In this document: positions 59,733-64,000 of the stretch, in pieces | How positions within the stretch are numbered: the first letter of the stretch is position 1 | Layout: the number at the start of each line of letters is the position of its first letter | From: Gammaproteobacteria bacterium | GTDB lineage: Bacteria; Pseudomonadota; Gammaproteobacteria; SZUA-229 | Assembly (NCBI GenBank): GCA_041589455.1 | Contig: JBFHVQ010000002.1 | Coordinates: 9,120-73,119, forward strand | Direction of reading: 5' to 3' | Length of the DNA: 64,000 nucleotides | Notes under the pieces: generated by a model | The model's database searches: none | The model's input: only the letters and a program-made list of their open reading frames with translations | What the model was told of the DNA's origin: nothing | Program-made: the position numbers and the translations under genes

Positions 59733-60497
59733 TTAATTTAAACCGAACATTAATTCACGGTTAGATCTAATCATCGCCTGAAGCTCATTCACATAAGCCT
59801 GACCACGACTCGAATAACTATTTAAACCTGTAGCAAGAACAAACGCATCTAACGGCTTGTTATTACGCCGCATTTCATACCTTAGTTGACGCAGACTCTT
59901 ATACGCACGACCCGTATTTACATTGTGCAGATAACTCTCAACAGAATCATTAATACTTTCAAACGCCTTAACTTCATGCCTCTGCCCTTTACTACGTTTT
60001 TCCGGAACTAATCCGCAGTTTTTAGAAAAGCACCATTGACCAAAAAGATTATTTGCCTGCTGAGCAAATCTAGATTTACCCCATGCAGATTCATTAGCCG
60101 CCTGAGTTAATACCAGATCAACAGGCAGCGTATCGACTCTTGATAATAGTTCTTGCCAGTCTGGCGCATTATCATCCCATTCAAGGCGATATTTTTCAGT
60201 AATATTTTTTAGCCATTCCTGTTCACTATTATTTTTTATCGCCTGTATTATGCGATGCCTTCTATCACGTATGATTTGATTTTGATTGATAACGATAGGC
60301 CTTAAAATATCAAAAAACCGTTCTTTTTTCTCACTCACAGTATTTGTATCTGTGTAATCAAAAACATCTGCTTCTAGCTGAGGTAGCGTCTTCGCATGAG
60401 CCAGTTTAAATATACTCTTTTCTACCGGTAATAAATTTTCAACTTGAAGATAAAATGCTACGGACACAATCACCAACAGCAACAACACAACTCTCAT
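59733..60497 (-). CDS. Bax-like glucosaminidase-domain protein
   Basis: QAANESAWGKSRFAQQANNLFGQWCF motif and a signal anchor. Confidence 0.8.
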   Translation of the reverse strand: MRVVLLLLVIVSVAFYLQVENLLPVEKSIFKLAHAKTLPQLEADVFDYTDTNTVSEKKERFFDILRPIVINQNQIIRDRRHRIIQAIKNNSEQEWLKNITEKYRLEWDDNAPDWQELLSRVDTLPVDLVLTQAANESAWGKSRFAQQANNLFGQWCFSKNCGLVPEKRSKGQRHEVKAFESINDSVESYLHNVNTGRAYKSLRQLRYEMRRNNKPLDAFVLATGLNSYSSRGQAYVNELQAMIRSNRELMFGLN

Positions 60498-61774
60498 TAT
60501 TTCAAAACCTCAAATATCGCATCACATAATTTTACTGTTGATATTTCATCAATAATATATGGTGGCATCAAATACACCAGTTTGCCAAATGGCCTGATCC
60601 AGACACCTTGCTCAACCAGTGCTGGTTGAATAATTTTCATATCCACTGGCTGCTTACATTCAACCACCCCAATTGCACCGAGCACACGTACCTCAGCTAC
60701 ACTGTTTAGCACTTTACACTTGCTTAATCCATTAAGCAGCCAGCTTTCTATCTGTTTTATTTTTGTTACCCAGTCAGATGACAAAAGCAATTCAATACTG
60801 GCACTGGCCACAGCACAGGCTAACGGGTTCGCCATAAAAGTTGGGCCATGCATGAAAACACCTGGTTCGCCACTGGAAATGGTTTGTGCAATTCCATCTG
60901 TTGTCAGTGTCGCTGCAAGACTCAGATAGCCACCGGTTAATGCCTTACCCACACACATAATATCGGGTTCGATATCTGTATGCTCACACGCAAACAGCTT
61001 TCCGGTTCGTCCAAAACCTGTAGCTATCTCATCAAAAATCAATAAAACGCCATATTCATCACATAACTTACGCGCCTTATTCAGAAAATCTGCAGAATAA
61101 AACCGCATACCACCAGCGCCCTGTACAACAGGCTCGACAATAAATGCCGCTATCTCATGTTGATGTTTTTCCAGTACCTGCTGCAGGTTTTTTACGTCCT
61201 TATCATCGCAGAGCTGATTGTATGGACTACCTGGTGTATCAATGAATAGTTGTTGCATTAAGGCTTTGCTAAACAAGCTATGCATACCGGTTACAGGATC
61301 ACATACGGACATGGCGCCAAATGTATCACCATGATAACCACGACGCAGACTAACAAAGCGCTGCTTCGACGGTTTCTGCTTATCATGCCAGTACTGTATT
61401 GCCATCTTCATGGCTACCTCTACTGATACTGAACCAGAATCGCTAAAAAAAACACTGCTCAATGAAGGCGGGGTGATTTCAACCAGCTGATTAGCCAGCT
61501 TTACTGCGGCAGGATGAGTCAGGCCACCAAACATGACATGGCTCATCTGGGCCAGTTGCTCTGTGACTGCCTGATTTAATACTGGATGATTATAACCATG
61601 AATTGCGCACCACCAGGATGACATTCCATCAATCAATTCACGACCATCTGCCAGCTTAAGGCGGACACGATCTGCGGAAACCACAGGGAAAATAACATGA
61701 TCACTATGCAGTGCAGAATATGGATGCCAGATCGACTCCTTATCCTGCTGTAATAGCTGCTGGTAATAATCCAT
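60497..61774 (-). CDS. bioA: adenosylmethionine-8-amino-7-oxononanoate aminotransferase
   Basis: IWHPY, FFSDSGSVSVE, DEIATGFGRTG and GKALTGG (PLP Lys). Start at MDYYQQ (61774). Confidence 0.93.
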   Translation of the reverse strand: MDYYQQLLQQDKESIWHPYSALHSDHVIFPVVSADRVRLKLADGRELIDGMSSWWCAIHGYNHPVLNQAVTEQLAQMSHVMFGGLTHPAAVKLANQLVEITPPSLSSVFFSDSGSVSVEVAMKMAIQYWHDKQKPSKQRFVSLRRGYHGDTFGAMSVCDPVTGMHSLFSKALMQQLFIDTPGSPYNQLCDDKDVKNLQQVLEKHQHEIAAFIVEPVVQGAGGMRFYSADFLNKARKLCDEYGVLLIFDEIATGFGRTGKLFACEHTDIEPDIMCVGKALTGGYLSLAATLTTDGIAQTISSGEPGVFMHGPTFMANPLACAVASASIELLLSSDWVTKIKQIESWLLNGLSKCKVLNSVAEVRVLGAIGVVECKQPVDMKIIQPALVEQGVWIRPFGKLVYLMPPYIIDEISTVKLCDAIFEVLK

Positions 61775-61992
61775 ACAAAGCTTGATTAAGTAGAAAAACT
61801 GCACCTTACCCTATGCACAGGCCAAGGTCGAGTAGACACGCTTTTCGGGGTAACCCGTTTGGGCTACATCATTGAATTATAAGTATAATTTTGTATTTGC
61901 GTACTTAATATCACATACCATTTAGTCACTAATTGTTATAACAGACACATAAATATAACGATAAGTAGTTTCAATTTCAGGGGATATCAGCA

Positions 61993-62409
61993 ATGAACAC
62001 ACAGGGCGAGCGCCAGCTCAACACAGCAAACCTAAACACCAATGAGGCGATTCGCTCTATTTTCGAAAACAGCCCACTGGCCGTATTTGGTGTTGACGCA
62101 TCTGGCCGTGTTGGTTACCTGAATAGCGCCTGCAATGAACTGTTTCGACTGCCACATCAAGCCCATATTTGCGGTCTCCACAGTTCAGACTTACTTTGTG
62201 GTGGCGATACAAAATGCCTCCACAAAAAATGCTCTCACTGCGCCATACAGCAAAACATCATATCTGAAAGGCAATTACAGGAATACAGCCTGAATATCCA
62301 GCAGGCTGACGGTGAGATAGTGCCTATTAGCATCACCACAAGTTACTTCTTTCAGCAGGAGGATCGTGAAATCAGCACCTATTTTAGTATTCGCAGGCAA
62401 GTTGATTAA
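61993..62409 (+). CDS. stand-alone PAS-like protein with a Cys cluster
   Basis: [33 protein letters not shown]-cap and core, followed by [24 protein letters not shown]. Confidence 0.5.
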   Translation: MNTQGERQLNTANLNTNEAIRSIFENSPLAVFGVDASGRVGYLNSACNELFRLPHQAHICGLHSSDLLCGGDTKCLHKKCSHCAIQQNIISERQLQEYSLNIQQADGEIVPISITTSYFFQQEDREISTYFSIRRQVD

Positions 62410-63077
62410 AGCAGGCCTCTCTCTGCAAATGAAACGATATCATCACCAACGACAAAATGATCAAGCACGCGAATATCAACCAGCGATAGGACATCTTTTA
62501 GGCGTTGTGTAATACGCTCATCAGACTGGCTGGGCTCTGCTACTCCGGAGGGGTGGTTATGGGCAAAGATCAGCGCTGCAGCATTATGATGCAAGGCTCT
62601 TTTTAGCACCTCCCTCGGATAGACATTCGTTCCATCTATCGTTCCCCGGAACATCTCTTCGAAACAGATCACGCGATTGCGCTGATCCAGAAACAACACA
62701 GCAAACACTTCGTAGGGATAATCTCGCAATTGCGTGGTTAAATACTGCCGTGTCTGCTGTGGGCTAGACAAACTGTCTCCACGTTTCAAACCCTCATACA
62801 GATAGCGCCTGGCCATCTCAAGCACTGCCTGTAACTGGGCAAATTTAGCCTGACCTAGCCCCTGATGCTGACAAAAAGCTTGCTGATCCGCATGCAATAG
62901 CTGCCGCAAACCATCAAAGCCCGTTAGCAAATCATGTGATAGGTCAACCGCTGTCTTGCCGCGCACGCCGGTGCGTAAAAAGATTGCCAGTAACTCTGCA
63001 TCGGTCAGCGCCTGACTTCCCAGCGCCAGCAGTTTTTCTCGTGGCCGCTGCTCCATTGGCCAGTCGGTAATTGGCAT
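62406..63077 (-). CDS. radC: RadC-family JAB/MPN domain protein
   Basis: RPREKLL..G...L.DAELLAI.LRTG and the HNHPSG JAMM motif. AAAGGA SD before ATG 63077. Confidence 0.9.
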   Translation of the reverse strand: MPITDWPMEQRPREKLLALGSQALTDAELLAIFLRTGVRGKTAVDLSHDLLTGFDGLRQLLHADQQAFCQHQGLGQAKFAQLQAVLEMARRYLYEGLKRGDSLSSPQQTRQYLTTQLRDYPYEVFAVLFLDQRNRVICFEEMFRGTIDGTNVYPREVLKRALHHNAAALIFAHNHPSGVAEPSQSDERITQRLKDVLSLVDIRVLDHFVVGDDIVSFAERGLL

Positions 63078-63181
63078 AACGTTATCCTTTCGTCCTTGAT
63101 AAGTCGCACCCAGCATACACTGGTAACAGGTTATTTGACAAACGCGATACCCGCGCCTTAGTTCTGGTAGAATCTGCAACC

Positions 63182-64000
63182 ATGGAATACTCACTGCACA
63201 ACAAGAATATCCTGCTAGGCGTCTGTGGCGGCATCGCTGCCTACAAAAGCGCCGACCTGGTACGCCGTCTACAGGATGCAGGTGCCACAGTGCGTGTAGT
63301 AATGACCCAGGCTGCCTGCGAGTTTGTTACGCCATTAACATTTCAGGCCTTATCTGGACACCCTGTTCACACCGACCTGCTCGATACTGAAGCAGAAGCG
63401 GCCATGGGGCATATCCAGCTGGCTCGCTGGGCTGACCTGATCCTGATTGCACCTGCCACAGCTAACAGCATTGAACGTCTAGCCACTGGCAGAGGTGACG
63501 ACCTGCTGAGCACTATCTGCCTGGCGAGCAATAGCAAACTGGCCATTGCCCCGGCAATGAACCATATTATGTGGTCAGCAAAAGCCACGCAGAAGAACAT
63601 TCAGCTTCTGATTGAACGAGGCATACATGTATTTGGCCCTGATAGTGGTAGCCAGGCTTGTGGGGAAACCGGTGAAGGCCGACTACTCGACGTCAGCGAG
63701 ATCGTCAGCGCTGCTAGCCAGTTATTTCACAATGGCCTGCTACAGGGTATTCGAATAATGCTCACAGCTGGTCCTACTTTTGAGTCCATTGACCCGGTAC
63801 GTTATATCGGCAACCGAAGCTCTGGTCGCATGGGCTTCGCTCTCGCCGAGGCAGCTACTGAACAGGGCGCAATCGTAACTCTGGTTGCAGGCCCGGTACA
63901 ACTGGAGACACCGGAACATATCAATCGCATCGACGTTGAGAGCGCCTTGCAGATGCATGATGCAGTTATGCAGAATATAGACTCGCAGGATATTTTTATT
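63182..64000 (+). CDS. coaBC: bifunctional phosphopantothenoylcysteine decarboxylase / synthetase (3' end outside the window)
   Basis: Hand translation from ATG 63182 gives [30 protein letters not shown]...APATANSI...[25 protein letters not shown]. It is open to the window end and divergent from radC as in E. coli. Confidence 0.93.
   Translation, partial: MEYSLHNKNILLGVCGGIAAYKSADLVRRLQDAGATVRVVMTQAACEFVTPLTFQALSGHPVHTDLLDTEAEAAMGHIQLARWADLILIAPATANSIERLATGRGDDLLSTICLASNSKLAIAPAMNHIMWSAKATQKNIQLLIERGIHVFGPDSGSQACGETGEGRLLDVSEIVSAASQLFHNGLLQGIRIMLTAGPTFESIDPVRYIGNRSSGRMGFALAEAATEQGAIVTLVAGPVQLETPEHINRIDVESALQMHDAVMQNIDSQDIFI

Noticed and set aside
63367-63958. Minus-strand ORFs 63367-63600 and 63740-63958
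   Set aside because: They are antisense shadow frames within the clearly identifiable coaBC reading frame.

Overview
Dense chromosomal segment, about 75 CDS on both strands, that looks gammaproteobacterial. Protein N-termini and motifs resemble E. coli and Pseudomonas orthologues, and radC and coaBC are divergent as in E. coli. I found no rRNA, tRNA, CRISPR array, transposase, integrase or phage genes. Most genes are housekeeping: slt, prk, rmuC, hemB, aroE, gor, ubiA, mdh, malic enzyme, rpmE, hemW, ampG, xthA, pyrE, trmH, bioB/bioF/bioA, hemN and coaBC. Others cover envelope or transport functions (RND pump plus adaptor, two BASS transporters, FetAB, NfeD/SPFH, TauE) and c-di-GMP signalling (PilZ, REC-REC-PAS-GGDEF-EAL, membrane GGDEF). 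The window is unusually rich in sulfur-trafficking modules: a TusA-like protein, a Cys-less DsrC/TusE-like protein, three rhodanese domains and a CSPC thioredoxin. The stand-out locus is 25.4-31.2 kb. An ArsR-family regulator fused to a rhodanese domain sits divergent from a tightly coupled six-gene operon. That operon encodes a membrane fatty-acid hydroxylase, a TVP38/DedA-rhodanese fusion, an ArsS-like radical SAM/Cys-rich enzyme, two rSAM-associated transferases and ArsM. It looks like an organo-arsenic (or organo-chalcogen) sugar/lipid biosynthetic system rather than a detoxification operon, and its downstream half is markedly AT-rich. Smaller observations: a probable non-ATG (ATT) start for ampG coupled to the xthA stop; tandem paralogous mini-proteins; a Cys-rich stand-alone PAS protein; a PfkB-Rieske-BASS operon; Arg-rich mini-ORFs flanking prk; and seven convergent gene pairs with almost no spacer. 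All family calls come from reading motifs by eye and recalling family signatures. No database search was run.
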